A DNA stretch of 46,216 nucleotides from Thalassolituus sp. GTDB taxonomy: Bacteria; Pseudomonadota; Gammaproteobacteria; Pseudomonadales; Oceanobacteraceae. Positions 19,868 to 28,991 of this stretch are shown in pieces. The notes under the pieces are model-generated. The model was not told where the DNA came from and did no database searches. It saw only the letters and a list, made by a program, of their open reading frames with translations. The stretch is taken from positions 1 to 46,216 of the forward strand of contig JBPEXS010000256.1 in assembly GCA_052031325.1 (NCBI GenBank), given 5' to 3'. A program made the position numbers and the translations under genes. Numbering within the stretch: the first letter of the stretch is position 1; each line of letters begins with the position of its first letter.

Positions 19868-20911
19868 CTAATTGGGCTCTGGCAGTTCGTTATTGAGCCA
19901 GGGCTGTGAATACCAATAGAACCGCCCCGGTTTACTGATGCTGGGTGCTGTGCAGTTAAAGCGGCTTCGGCGCTGGGTAAGGGCTTTTTCGGCGTTCAGT
20001 TCTACCTGCAGGGTGTCTTTTTTCTGCTTCGTCTTTGCCTTCATTTTCTCGCCCCCCGAATAACAGGTCAGTTGCCCGGCGTTAAAGTCCTGTAAGGGGA
20101 TGCGCAGCGTCAGGCGTGGCGGGTTTCGCTCAAGCAGCGGATTCACCAGCTGGTCTGCTGCAACAGCAAAGGGCAGGCTATGCAGTTTGGTGCGCAGTGT
20201 GTCCGGCTCGGCGTACACGCCAGACGCGGGAAAGCGCGGCAGTGCCTGGGCATGGCTGCTCGCACCTGTGGCGCCACTCTGCTGACCCCAGGCCAGATAG
20301 CCGTGCTCCGACAGCCAGTCAGCCAGTGTCAGGGAGAATTCCCCGTAGGGGTAGGCGAACAGTTTCTCTGTGACGCCGGTTTCATCCTCAAGGCGTTGCT
20401 GGGCTCTGAGAATTTCAGATTCCCAGAAAACTTCAACGCGCATACCTTCCGGAAACTCCAGCAGGTGGGCATGGCTTACCGTGTGGTTGGCCAGACGCCC
20501 GCCGTATTCTGTCAGTTCTCTGAGTTCTTCCCAGCTCATCATATCCGGGAACGACTGGTCGACTGCGCCGGTACTGACAAACACGGTAAAAGGCCAGCCA
20601 CGTTGTTTCAACTCCGGAAGGGCATGGGTGTAGATAGAGCGGTAGGCATCATCAAACGTAATAGCGACCGCGGAGTCTGGTAGCTCCTCACCGGCCAGCA
20701 ATCTGCGTGTGGCGTCTGCCAGATCAACAATGGTCATGCCCTCAGATTCTAGCAAGGCCATATGTTCGCTGAATTGTTCGGGTGATACGCTGGTGACAGC
20801 CGGGGTGTCGGCATTCACATGATGATACTGCAGCACCACCAGACCCGCTGACGCCCAGCCGGGCAGCAGCAGAGCAAAGGTCAGTAAACAGCGGGAAAGC
20901 AGAGTACGCAT
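19868..20911 (-). CDS. Secreted polysaccharide deacetylase (CE4/NodB)
   Basis: Signal peptide; LQYHH, ITFDDAY, NHTVSH, FAYPYG, LPRF. Confidence 0.9.
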   Translation of the reverse strand: MRTLLSRCLLTFALLLPGWASAGLVVLQYHHVNADTPAVTSVSPEQFSEHMALLESEGMTIVDLADATRRLLAGEELPDSAVAITFDDAYRSIYTHALPELKQRGWPFTVFVSTGAVDQSFPDMMSWEELRELTEYGGRLANHTVSHAHLLEFPEGMRVEVFWESEILRAQQRLEDETGVTEKLFAYPYGEFSLTLADWLSEHGYLAWGQQSGATGASSHAQALPRFPASGVYAEPDTLRTKLHSLPFAVAADQLVNPLLERNPPRLTLRIPLQDFNAGQLTCYSGGEKMKAKTKQKKDTLQVELNAEKALTQRRSRFNCTAPSISKPGRFYWYSQPWLNNELPEPN

Positions 20912-20912
20912 G

Positions 20913-21521
20913 TCAGGCCTGTTGTTTCAGTCGTTGATAAGCGGCGGTAATTTCACGGAAACGTTCCGGATCACCGCCTTTGTCGGGGTGATGGGCGTTT
21001 GCCAGGCGGCGGTACTGGCGCTTGATCTGCTCTGCACCGGCGTTAGTTTCAAGCTCCAGTGCCTCAAGATCCTGTGAGCGATCCACTGGTCGCAGCATGC
21101 GTTTCCAGAAGTCTGTCAGCAGGGCATCGACGTCGCTCTGCTCTGTATTTAACTCTTCAAGATTCAGATAGTAAGCACACAGTGGATCCGGCTCAGCGAG
21201 CTGGTTACTGGCGGGAGTGTCAGCGCTTGGCAGACACTGAATCTTCAGCGGACTGATGTCCAGCCAGCCCCGCCTTTGTTCCGACCATTGCTGACGCAAG
21301 GTGTACAGGCAATGCATGACCAGAAAGTGGGTACGGAAGAGCATCAGTGAATCTGACAGTGCGTCTGCAGCAAAATATCCCTGCTCAGGGGCACGCAGCC
21401 AGCAGATGATGTCATGCTCTGAGCAGACAGGGTGTGTATTCAGATACGCCGCGATCATCGACTTCAACAAATCCAGGTCGCTTTCGCAGGTTGTTGAGTC
21501 GTTAAGATTCGGCTGCGGCAT
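20913..21521 (-). CDS. DnaJ-related protein with C-terminal J-domain
   Basis: LFRTHFLVMHCLY N-domain; HHPDKGG J-domain motif. Confidence 0.88.
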   Translation of the reverse strand: MPQPNLNDSTTCESDLDLLKSMIAAYLNTHPVCSEHDIICWLRAPEQGYFAADALSDSLMLFRTHFLVMHCLYTLRQQWSEQRRGWLDISPLKIQCLPSADTPASNQLAEPDPLCAYYLNLEELNTEQSDVDALLTDFWKRMLRPVDRSQDLEALELETNAGAEQIKRQYRRLANAHHPDKGGDPERFREITAAYQRLKQQA

Positions 21522-21556
21522 GGTGTTTCGAAAGCAAAGAAAAAATCAAAAGTAGC

Positions 21557-21838
21557 TCAGTGAGAAATCTGATTCAGTGGATTTTCCGGGTCAGTGTCCG
21601 TCAGCAGGCGTTGCAGAAAACGTGGCAGACGGTGACTCAGTTCCCGCAGTCTGGCTGAGGTCTTTGGATAGTGACGACGCATTTTCACCAGATAGTGACG
21701 CAGAGCGGGTATGACAGAAACCAGCAGTGATAATCCGACAAGAATCATCAGCAACCCGACCGGAATTGGCAGTGGGGTCATAATGATGCCCAGAGCAACG
21801 AGCAGCAGGCCTGCGGATAAATGTGCGATACGCTTCAA
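21557..21838 (-). CDS. Small membrane protein (PGPGW-like helical hairpin)
   Basis: Two short TM segments around TPLPIPVG, basic tail. Confidence 0.7.
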   Translation of the reverse strand: MKRIAHLSAGLLLVALGIIMTPLPIPVGLLMILVGLSLLVSVIPALRHYLVKMRRHYPKTSARLRELSHRLPRFLQRLLTDTDPENPLNQISH

Positions 21839-22310
21839 GGCAGTCTCACCGGGTGGTTGATGACGTCTCCGCTCAGAAGAGCGCTGGAAAGTTCGTGTTT
21901 AACTATACTAGAGTCAGATGGTTCTGCTGTGTGCTGGTTCCTGAGCCATATGACTTTCTGGACAGGATTCATCAGATACGCGACACATTCACTCACAGGA
22001 CTATGGCTTTGTCTTGCTCATTTCGGTTGCAACCAGATGGTTCTGAAGAACGCGTTAATTCAGACGGTTCAGGCTTGTGACTGCCTCTCAGTGTCCGGCT
22101 TTCCTGATCATGAGTTCTCAGATCATGAGTTCCCAGATTATATTGATACTCTGATGTGTCTGTTTTGTGAAGTTACGGCAAGGTCCGTCTTAATCGCAAG
22201 GCACAGTCAGTGGCTGAAGCTGGTGCTCTTCAACTAAGAACCAGAAATCATGAACCAAGAACCGATTAAAGACCGATTTAACACTGTTAATAATTCCTGA
22301 ATAGAAACCC

Positions 22311-22826
22311 ATGCCGGAAACGAAAAAACCACTCCCTAAACGCAGCGACCTGATTACGCCAGAAGGCGAGCAGGCACTGCGCGACGAATACGACTTTCTT
22401 TGGCGCGAAGAACGCCCGAAAGTGACTCAGGAGGTATCGGATGCCGCCAAACTTGGCGACCGTTCGGAGAATGCTGAATATATTTACGGAAAACGCCGCC
22501 TGCGCCAGATCGACAGCCGTATCCGTTTCCTGCTTAAACGACTGGATGCCGTGACTGTGGTTGACCGTCCTCCCACCGATCCTCAAAAAGTGTACTTTGG
22601 CGCGTGGATCGAGCTTGAGGATGAAGACGGAGAGATACTCAGATATCGGATCGTTGGTGCTGATGAAATTGATCTGCCCAAAGGTTATATCAGCATTGAT
22701 GCGCCACTGGCGCGAGGCCTGTTGGGCAAATCACTGGATGATGATGTGCAGGTGAAATTGCCGAAAGGGCTGACGGAATATTTTATTTCTTCTGTCAGTT
22801 ATACCCGCCCGGACTGGGATACTTAA
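22311..22826 (+). CDS. greB: Transcription elongation factor GreB
   Basis: LITPEG, LWREERP, LGDRSENAEYIYGKRRLRQID, ISIDAPLARGLLGK. Confidence 0.93.
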   Translation: MPETKKPLPKRSDLITPEGEQALRDEYDFLWREERPKVTQEVSDAAKLGDRSENAEYIYGKRRLRQIDSRIRFLLKRLDAVTVVDRPPTDPQKVYFGAWIELEDEDGEILRYRIVGADEIDLPKGYISIDAPLARGLLGKSLDDDVQVKLPKGLTEYFISSVSYTRPDWDT

Positions 22827-22876
22827 CAGGCGGCTCGTTTCCTCTCTGCTAGTCTTAAATGCAGAGAGGAAATTCT

Positions 22877-23380
22877 ATGAAACGTCTGATTGCTGTACTG
22901 GCGTGCTGCCTGTTGCCACCTGCTTTTGCTGATGAACTGACCGAAGTGTATCGGCTGCCACTCTGGGTTGATGGTGTCGCTGAGGTCTGCCCCTGGAAGT
23001 CACCTTCGGCGCAGGGCTATATCCGTCTGATCCGGTCTGAAAAAGGTGATGGTCGTAACAGCCTGTACGTGCAGTGGGTGCGATCCGGGCTGGTGGACCG
23101 GCCTGCAGAGGCGGTATCGACGTTGGCGGTTGAATTACTTGAAAGTGAATACATGGTGCGCCTGACCATGCCAGAGCCGCAGTTGAGCCGTACAGCCTGT
23201 CTGTTATCGGCCATGGGTGAGGATATGATCAACGAACGCCGGTATCGTTTTGATCTGGTGCTGAAGGGGCCGGGTAAGATGGATGTCTCGGTCACGCGAC
23301 TGTACGACAGTGAGGTACAGGCGGACGAAGACCTTAAGCTACAGATGGAGCAGGGCTGGACGCCGGTTTCAGCCCGTTAA
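22877..23380 (+). CDS. Secreted hypothetical protein
   Basis: GAGGA SD before ATG 22877; signal peptide ending AFA. Confidence 0.7.
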   Translation: MKRLIAVLACCLLPPAFADELTEVYRLPLWVDGVAEVCPWKSPSAQGYIRLIRSEKGDGRNSLYVQWVRSGLVDRPAEAVSTLAVELLESEYMVRLTMPEPQLSRTACLLSAMGEDMINERRYRFDLVLKGPGKMDVSVTRLYDSEVQADEDLKLQMEQGWTPVSAR

Positions 23381-23411
23381 ATCCAGCCTTTATACTTAAC
23401 TGCAGGATGGT

Positions 23412-24338
23412 TCAGTCGTCGATCTGAACCACATTCAGGCGGGTGCCAAGGTGTCCCTTGTCCTGATCGTCATCCAGTTGTCTGAAGTCCCAGAGCTCGC
23501 GGTCACCGAGCTGAGACGGGGCGACATTACACACCGCTGCAAAAATATTTTCACTGCGCCCCGGCTGTTCGCGCTCCCACTGCTGCAGCATATTTTTCAC
23601 ATTCTGACGTTGCAGATTTTCCTGTGAGCCACACAGGTTGCACGGAATAATCGGGAATTCTTTTGCTTGAGCAAAGGCTTCAATGTCTTTTTCTTTGCAG
23701 TACGACAGCGGGCGGATCAGGATGTGTTTCTTATCGTCGCTCAGCAGTTTCGGAGGCATGGCTTTAAGCTTGCCGCCGTGGAACATATTCAGAAAGAGGG
23801 TTTCGATGATGTCGTCGCGGTGATGGCCGAGGGCGATCTTGTTGGCACCAATGCTTTCGGCAAAACCGTACAGGGTGCCGCGGCGCAGACGTGAGCACAG
23901 ACCACAGGTGGTTTTGCCCTCGGGGATGATCTCTTTCACCACACTGTAGGTGTCTTTTTCAATGATATGGTATGGAACCCCAAGCCGACTCAGGTATTCC
24001 GGCAGGATATGCTCCGGGAAGCCAGGCTGCTTCTGGTCCATATTCACGGCAATCAGCTCAAAATTCACCGGCGCGCTTTTCTGCAGGCTAATCAGAATAT
24101 CGAGCATGGTGTAAGAATCTTTACCGCCTGACAGACAGACCATCACCTTATCGCCATCTTCGATCATGTTGTAATCTTCGATGGCTTTACCGACATTACG
24201 ACGCAGACGCTTCTGCAGTTTATTGAATTCGGTGCGGGCTTTACGCTCAGCACTGGCTGATGCCGGGGCGGCGTCCTGGGCGGCAACATCCTCTGCGGCG
24301 ATCTGTGTCTGAGTAGCGTCGGTGAATAAATCGGTCAT
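23412..24338 (-). CDS. ttcA: tRNA 2-thiocytidine(32) synthetase
   Basis: SGGKDS PP-loop, [24 protein letters not shown]. Confidence 0.97.
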   Translation of the reverse strand: MTDLFTDATQTQIAAEDVAAQDAAPASASAERKARTEFNKLQKRLRRNVGKAIEDYNMIEDGDKVMVCLSGGKDSYTMLDILISLQKSAPVNFELIAVNMDQKQPGFPEHILPEYLSRLGVPYHIIEKDTYSVVKEIIPEGKTTCGLCSRLRRGTLYGFAESIGANKIALGHHRDDIIETLFLNMFHGGKLKAMPPKLLSDDKKHILIRPLSYCKEKDIEAFAQAKEFPIIPCNLCGSQENLQRQNVKNMLQQWEREQPGRSENIFAAVCNVAPSQLGDRELWDFRQLDDDQDKGHLGTRLNVVQIDD

Positions 24339-24464
24339 GGTGTGTCCACGGTCTTACACGGCCAATAGAAGAATAAGTCTGACCATCAGATGGGCAGAAT
24401 ATTGATTAGCCGGTTAATAAATGAGCTGCGCTTTATAGCAGAACAGTGATCAGTATGAAAGCGC

Positions 24465-24971
24465 TCAGGCCGCCGCCACACAAGGAGCAACCAGTGCCTT
24501 ATAGCGTTCCAGAAAGTGTTCAATCTCAAGATCGGCACGGGTGTGGTAGAAGGTTTTCCAGATCTTGGCGAGGTGCAGCGGGGTGGGGTTGGAGGGGAGA
24601 GAAAACTGGGCATGGCGCACATAAGCAACCCAGGTAATGGCCGTAGCGTAGCTCAGATTGGTGGTGAGCTCGGCGTGCGGCTGATTCAGGAACTCCCGTT
24701 GGCTGGCAATACCGCGGATAGCGCTGGCCAGGTCAGGGTGGCCGGCAAGATAGTCATCCCAGATATGGCGATGCGTCAGACCGTGCATACGATAGATACC
24801 GGCTGTTTTTTGCCCCTCTGAGCGCAGAAAGGCACCGATGGACGATTCAGCGGCGGCCGTTCCGAGTAACAGCAGTTCAGCGGCCGGACTGTTGATGTCC
24901 AGTTTCTGCAGGGTTGGGCGGATCACGCAGGCCCTGTAATCAACGGCGTCTATTCCCATGGGGTACTCCAT
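24465..24971 (-). CDS. Hypothetical protein, probable lysozyme/lytic-transglycosylase-like fold
   Basis: IRPTL, LLLGTAAAES (helix ending in ES), GIYRM, NLSYATAI, WKTFYHT. Confidence 0.6.
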   Translation of the reverse strand: MEYPMGIDAVDYRACVIRPTLQKLDINSPAAELLLLGTAAAESSIGAFLRSEGQKTAGIYRMHGLTHRHIWDDYLAGHPDLASAIRGIASQREFLNQPHAELTTNLSYATAITWVAYVRHAQFSLPSNPTPLHLAKIWKTFYHTRADLEIEHFLERYKALVAPCVAAA

Positions 24972-25088
24972 AGCAAGATAGTACTAGACTGGCTGATAAT
25001 ATATCGGCACGCAAGGTACTTACTTAAGAATAAGACGAAAAACCGGTAATGCCGTCAATTCGGCGGATATTATTCGTTAAGAAACGTA

Positions 25089-25754
25089 TCAGAGCAGGTG
25101 CTTTCCGGTATTCCAGATTGTCCATATTCCATAAGCAATCAGCAGCAGACCGCTGAGATGTCGCACCGACTGTTGGCGCAGCAGATTCATCAGGCTGGCA
25201 GAGAGCAGGCTGGCTGAGAAAATAGCTGGCCAGGTCCCCAGCCCAAAAACCAGCATGATCAGTGCGCCCTGAACCGGGTCGCCGTGCGCCGCTACCCAGC
25301 TCAATGTGCTGTAGATCAGACCACAGGGCAGCAGCCCCCAGAGCATGCCCAGGGCCAGTTTACTCAGGGCATCCTGACGTCCGAGTAGTGATTGCGTTAG
25401 CGGTTGAACCGGCTTCCAGATCAGCTGACCGATCGCCTCGATCCGGGTCAGCCACATCAGCCAGCGGCCGATGTAGAGCCCCATGAGAATCAGCATGACT
25501 CCGGCCAACAGTCGCAGGCCGATCATCAACAGATCATTCAGACTCTGAAGCCATAGGCCCGCAGCCCCGACTAACAGGCCCGCCAGGGCGTAACTCAGAA
25601 TCCGCCCGCTGTTGAATAACAGCGCCGAACGGAAACGGTGCTCGCTGGCTGCGCTACCCGCTGCGGCGGCAATGCCACCACACATCACCAGACAATGGCT
25701 GGCACCGGACAGGCCGATCAGAAGCGCCGCCAGTAATGACAGGGGTTCAGTCAT
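25089..25754 (-). CDS. cco-associated DsbD_2 / TauE-SafE-like membrane protein
   Basis: HCLVMCGG, GRILSY, GLLPCGLIY, FGLGT; multi-TM. Confidence 0.88.
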   Translation of the reverse strand: MTEPLSLLAALLIGLSGASHCLVMCGGIAAAAGSAASEHRFRSALLFNSGRILSYALAGLLVGAAGLWLQSLNDLLMIGLRLLAGVMLILMGLYIGRWLMWLTRIEAIGQLIWKPVQPLTQSLLGRQDALSKLALGMLWGLLPCGLIYSTLSWVAAHGDPVQGALIMLVFGLGTWPAIFSASLLSASLMNLLRQQSVRHLSGLLLIAYGIWTIWNTGKHLL

Positions 25755-25980
25755 CGGATGACTTTTTCAGAGTAGCTGTACCCGTGGCGGATTCTGAATC
25801 CTCAGGCTGGCTCTTTGGGGGATGAGGTGGCTGAGGCTCATCATCGTCATCAAACAGAATGCGGTGAGCTGGTGAGTCCAGGTCATCAAACTGGCCACCT
25901 TTTACTGCCCAGAAGAACACCAGAACCGCAATACTGATCAACAGGATGGAAAGGGGAATCAGTACATAAATGATGTCCAC
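25747..25980 (-). CDS. ccoS: cbb3 oxidase assembly protein CcoS
   Basis: LIPLS, WAVKGGQFDDLDSPAHRILFDD. Confidence 0.95.
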   Translation of the reverse strand: MDIIYVLIPLSILLISIAVLVFFWAVKGGQFDDLDSPAHRILFDDDDEPQPPHPPKSQPEDSESATGTATLKKSSDD

Positions 25981-25981
25981 G

Positions 25982-28426
25982 TCAGGTGTCTCCGGCGTTG
26001 TGTTTGGGCAGGCGTGTCAGGCGCAGCGCGTTCAGTACCACCAGTAGTGAGCTGAACGACATACCGATGGCCGCCGCCCAGGGGGGGACCAGGCCAGCTG
26101 CAGCCAGTGGCAGTGCAATCAGATTGTACACGAGCGCCCAGGTGATGTTCTGACGGATATTGTTGCGTGTACGTCCGGCCAGTTGCAGGGCATCGCGAAT
26201 CAGCGTCATCTGACCACTGATCAGCAGGGTGTCGGCGTTGGTCTTGGCCAGATCCGTGGCATCACTGACGGCCATGGAAACATCTGCGCCGGCCAGCACC
26301 GGAACATCATTGATACCATCACCGACCATCAGAACCCGATCCCCCTGAGACTGCCACTCGCGCACCTGCTGCAGTTTCTGCTCTGGTGACAGTCCGCGAT
26401 GAACGTCGTCAATGCCGGCTTCATCGGCGATGCGATTTGCTGAAGGGCCTGGGTCTCCGGTCAGCATGGTCACTTTCAGGCCCTGGCGTTTGAGATGACT
26501 GATCAGATCCGGTGTGCTTCTGCGCAAGGTGTCATTCAGCAGGAACCAGCCCATGGCCTGGTCATCCCGCGACAGCAGCAGCCATTGCCCGGTGTCGGAC
26601 TCAGGTGCCTCAGGTGTCTGGGAGCAGGCAAAGTCGGCACGGCCGAAACGCCAGGTGCTGTCCAGGTAGTGACCACTGACACCCTGGCTGGTGTGATGGC
26701 GGATATCACTCATGGAGACTGGGTCAAACACCCGGAAGGTGCTGGCAATCGGGTGGGCGGAGTCCTGCTCCAGTGCGGCGATGATGTCACACATTGTCTG
26801 CTGATCGATGTCTGCGACCGGCAAAATGTCCTCCAGTTGCAACTGTCCTTCGGTCAGCGTGCCGGTTTTATCAAATACCACACGATTGATCTGATTTAAG
26901 GTTTCCAGAACATGACCTTTGCTGATCATCAGGCCTTTTTCACGCAATGCCGTTGTCGCTGCTGTTAATGCCGTGGGCGTGGCCAGAGACAAAGCGCAGG
27001 GGCAGGTTACGACCAATACCGACAGGGCGATAAAAAAGGCGTGATCGTTGCCCTGTAATGTCCAGTAGGTGAACACCGAACCAGAAATAATCAGCACAGC
27101 GGCAACAAAACGGCTGGCGATGGAGTCGGCCAGCAGGGCGATACGTGGCTTTTCCTGCTGGGCTCTGTCCATCAGGCGCACGATAGCCGACAGGCGCGCA
27201 CTGGCTCCTGTGGCGGTAACTTCAATTTCCAGAGTGTTTTCGCAGTTGACCGTTCCACCAATCAGGGTATCGCCCGGCTTTTTGGCCACGGGCAGGTATT
27301 CGCCGGTCAGGGCCGCCTCATCGACAGCCGACTCACCTCTGATGATGATGCCATCGGCGGGAATGGGTTGTCCGGGGCGGATCAGCAGTCGGTCACCGGT
27401 CTGGATACTTTCAACGGGAATAACCTCTTCGGTATCACCCTCCTTGCCAGCTTCAAGGCGGCAGGCGACGTTGGGTAACAAGGACAGTAGATTATTACCG
27501 GCATTGCCCATGCGGTGACGGGCGCGCATTTCCAGAAAGCGCCCCAGTAACAGCAGGAAGGTGAACATGCACACGGAGTCAAAATAAACTTCAACACCCT
27601 GGTTGAAGGTACTCCAGATACTGGCACAGAAGGCGAGCAGTATCGCCAGAGAAACCGGCACATCCATGGTCAGGTGACGGGCTTTCAGGTCACGCAGGGC
27701 CGCATCAAAGAAAGGTCGTGCAGCGTAAAGCACAACCGGGGTGGTCAGCAGCATAGAGGCAAAGCGGAAAAAGACCTCGTATTGCTCAGCCATGCCAACA
27801 TAGAGGGGGACAGCGAGCATCATCACCTGCATCATGCCGATGCCAGCAACGGCCAGGCGGCGGATTGCCGCTTTCTGTTCCCGGCGGTTGCGCTCGTCGT
27901 CTTCGGTTGCGGAGAACGGGGCCGGTGTATAGCCCAGCTGGTGGATGGCTTCAAAAATAGCCGACAGCAGGATGGTGTCGGTATTCCAGCGCATCACCAG
28001 GCGGTGGTTAGACAAGTTCAGACTGGCCGAGAGAACGCCATCCAGCTGGCTGAGGCGATGTTCGATTAGCCAGGAGCAGGCCGCACAGGTGATACCTTCA
28101 ATGATCAGCGTCGCCTCTGCCTCAGTGCCGTTCGAAGTGCCCAGGCGGGCGACAAAGCGCTCCTGCATGGCCGCAGAGTCATACAGTGTCAGAGTATCCC
28201 GTGCTGCAGGCCCCGTTGTACGGTCGGTACTCACGGGCAGATCCGGCAGCTCGGTGCGGTGGCGGTAATAATCCTTAAGCCCTGAGGCTACAATGGTCTC
28301 AGCAACGGCTTTGCAGCCGGGGCAGCACATGGGCTGTTCTTCGCCGTTGATCACGGCGCTCCAGCGCTGGCGGCCCTGAACCGGCTCGCCACAGTGAAAG
28401 CAGGCTTCGGTTGCGTGCTCAGGCAT
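25982..28426 (-). CDS. ccoI: Cu-translocating P1B-type ATPase CcoI/FixI
   Basis: CFHC/CCPGC N-domain, CAAC metal-binding domain, TGE, CPC, DKTGT, GDGIND. Confidence 0.95.
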   Translation of the reverse strand: MPEHATEACFHCGEPVQGRQRWSAVINGEEQPMCCPGCKAVAETIVASGLKDYYRHRTELPDLPVSTDRTTGPAARDTLTLYDSAAMQERFVARLGTSNGTEAEATLIIEGITCAACSWLIEHRLSQLDGVLSASLNLSNHRLVMRWNTDTILLSAIFEAIHQLGYTPAPFSATEDDERNRREQKAAIRRLAVAGIGMMQVMMLAVPLYVGMAEQYEVFFRFASMLLTTPVVLYAARPFFDAALRDLKARHLTMDVPVSLAILLAFCASIWSTFNQGVEVYFDSVCMFTFLLLLGRFLEMRARHRMGNAGNNLLSLLPNVACRLEAGKEGDTEEVIPVESIQTGDRLLIRPGQPIPADGIIIRGESAVDEAALTGEYLPVAKKPGDTLIGGTVNCENTLEIEVTATGASARLSAIVRLMDRAQQEKPRIALLADSIASRFVAAVLIISGSVFTYWTLQGNDHAFFIALSVLVVTCPCALSLATPTALTAATTALREKGLMISKGHVLETLNQINRVVFDKTGTLTEGQLQLEDILPVADIDQQTMCDIIAALEQDSAHPIASTFRVFDPVSMSDIRHHTSQGVSGHYLDSTWRFGRADFACSQTPEAPESDTGQWLLLSRDDQAMGWFLLNDTLRRSTPDLISHLKRQGLKVTMLTGDPGPSANRIADEAGIDDVHRGLSPEQKLQQVREWQSQGDRVLMVGDGINDVPVLAGADVSMAVSDATDLAKTNADTLLISGQMTLIRDALQLAGRTRNNIRQNITWALVYNLIALPLAAAGLVPPWAAAIGMSFSSLLVVLNALRLTRLPKHNAGDT

Positions 28427-28929
28427 TAACGAAAGCTCAGGTTGATCGCCTTGCCTTCTTCAATAAATACCGTCTGTTGCAGACGCCAGCCCTGTTCCGG
28501 GCTGGTCAGCCACAGGTGGCGTTTCTGAGGCAGTTCGAGCGTGTTCATTCCCAGATACTGGTTGTTACTGGTCTGCTGCAGCATGGCTGTGGCATCACGT
28601 TCTTCAATCGTGGGGTGACCCATCTGTAAGCGCAGTACGGTTGGCATCTGCGGCATGGCTTCAGACAGAGTTATCTGGATTCGGTCACCAATAAACTGGA
28701 TTTCCGCCTCAGCGAGCATGTCGCGGGCCAGCTGATCCTGGTTTTCGTTCTGAGTGTAAGTGACACCGTCTTTGTAGTAACTGTCGCTGACCAGACTGTC
28801 TGCACCATCGATAGCCAGAGTCAGCATGACAAACCCCCAGCCAATGGACAGTAACGGAATACCGATCACCAGCAACATCATGGGTTCTTTATACCAGCGG
28901 GTTGTTTTTTCCACAGAGTGTCCTGCCAT
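28426..28929 (-). CDS. ccoH: FixH/CcoH family protein
   Basis: WYKEP, one TM helix, LVSDSYYKDG, HPT; lies between ccoG and ccoI. Confidence 0.9.
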   Translation of the reverse strand: MAGHSVEKTTRWYKEPMMLLVIGIPLLSIGWGFVMLTLAIDGADSLVSDSYYKDGVTYTQNENQDQLARDMLAEAEIQFIGDRIQITLSEAMPQMPTVLRLQMGHPTIEERDATAMLQQTSNNQYLGMNTLELPQKRHLWLTSPEQGWRLQQTVFIEEGKAINLSFR

Positions 28930-28933
28930 CAAT

Positions 28934-28968
28934 AAAAAAAGCCGCCTGATTTTACTGACTCAGGCGGC
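28934..28968 (-). terminator. Terminator-like hairpin between ccoG and ccoH
   Basis: Minus strand GCCGCCTGA-N10-TCAGGCGGC-T7. Confidence 0.7.
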
Positions 28969-28991
28969 GCTTCTCCAGTTACGTCTGCCAA

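Noticed and set aside
21821-22237. 138-aa and 85-aa plus-strand ORFs in the greB upstream gap
   Set aside because: They overlap the start of the divergent gene, lack an SD and have atypical composition
21900-22280. CRISPR array or CsrB/Rsm-like sRNA
   Set aside because: Repeats are 12 bp or shorter and irregularly spaced, there are no cas genes, and only 2-3 GGA motifs
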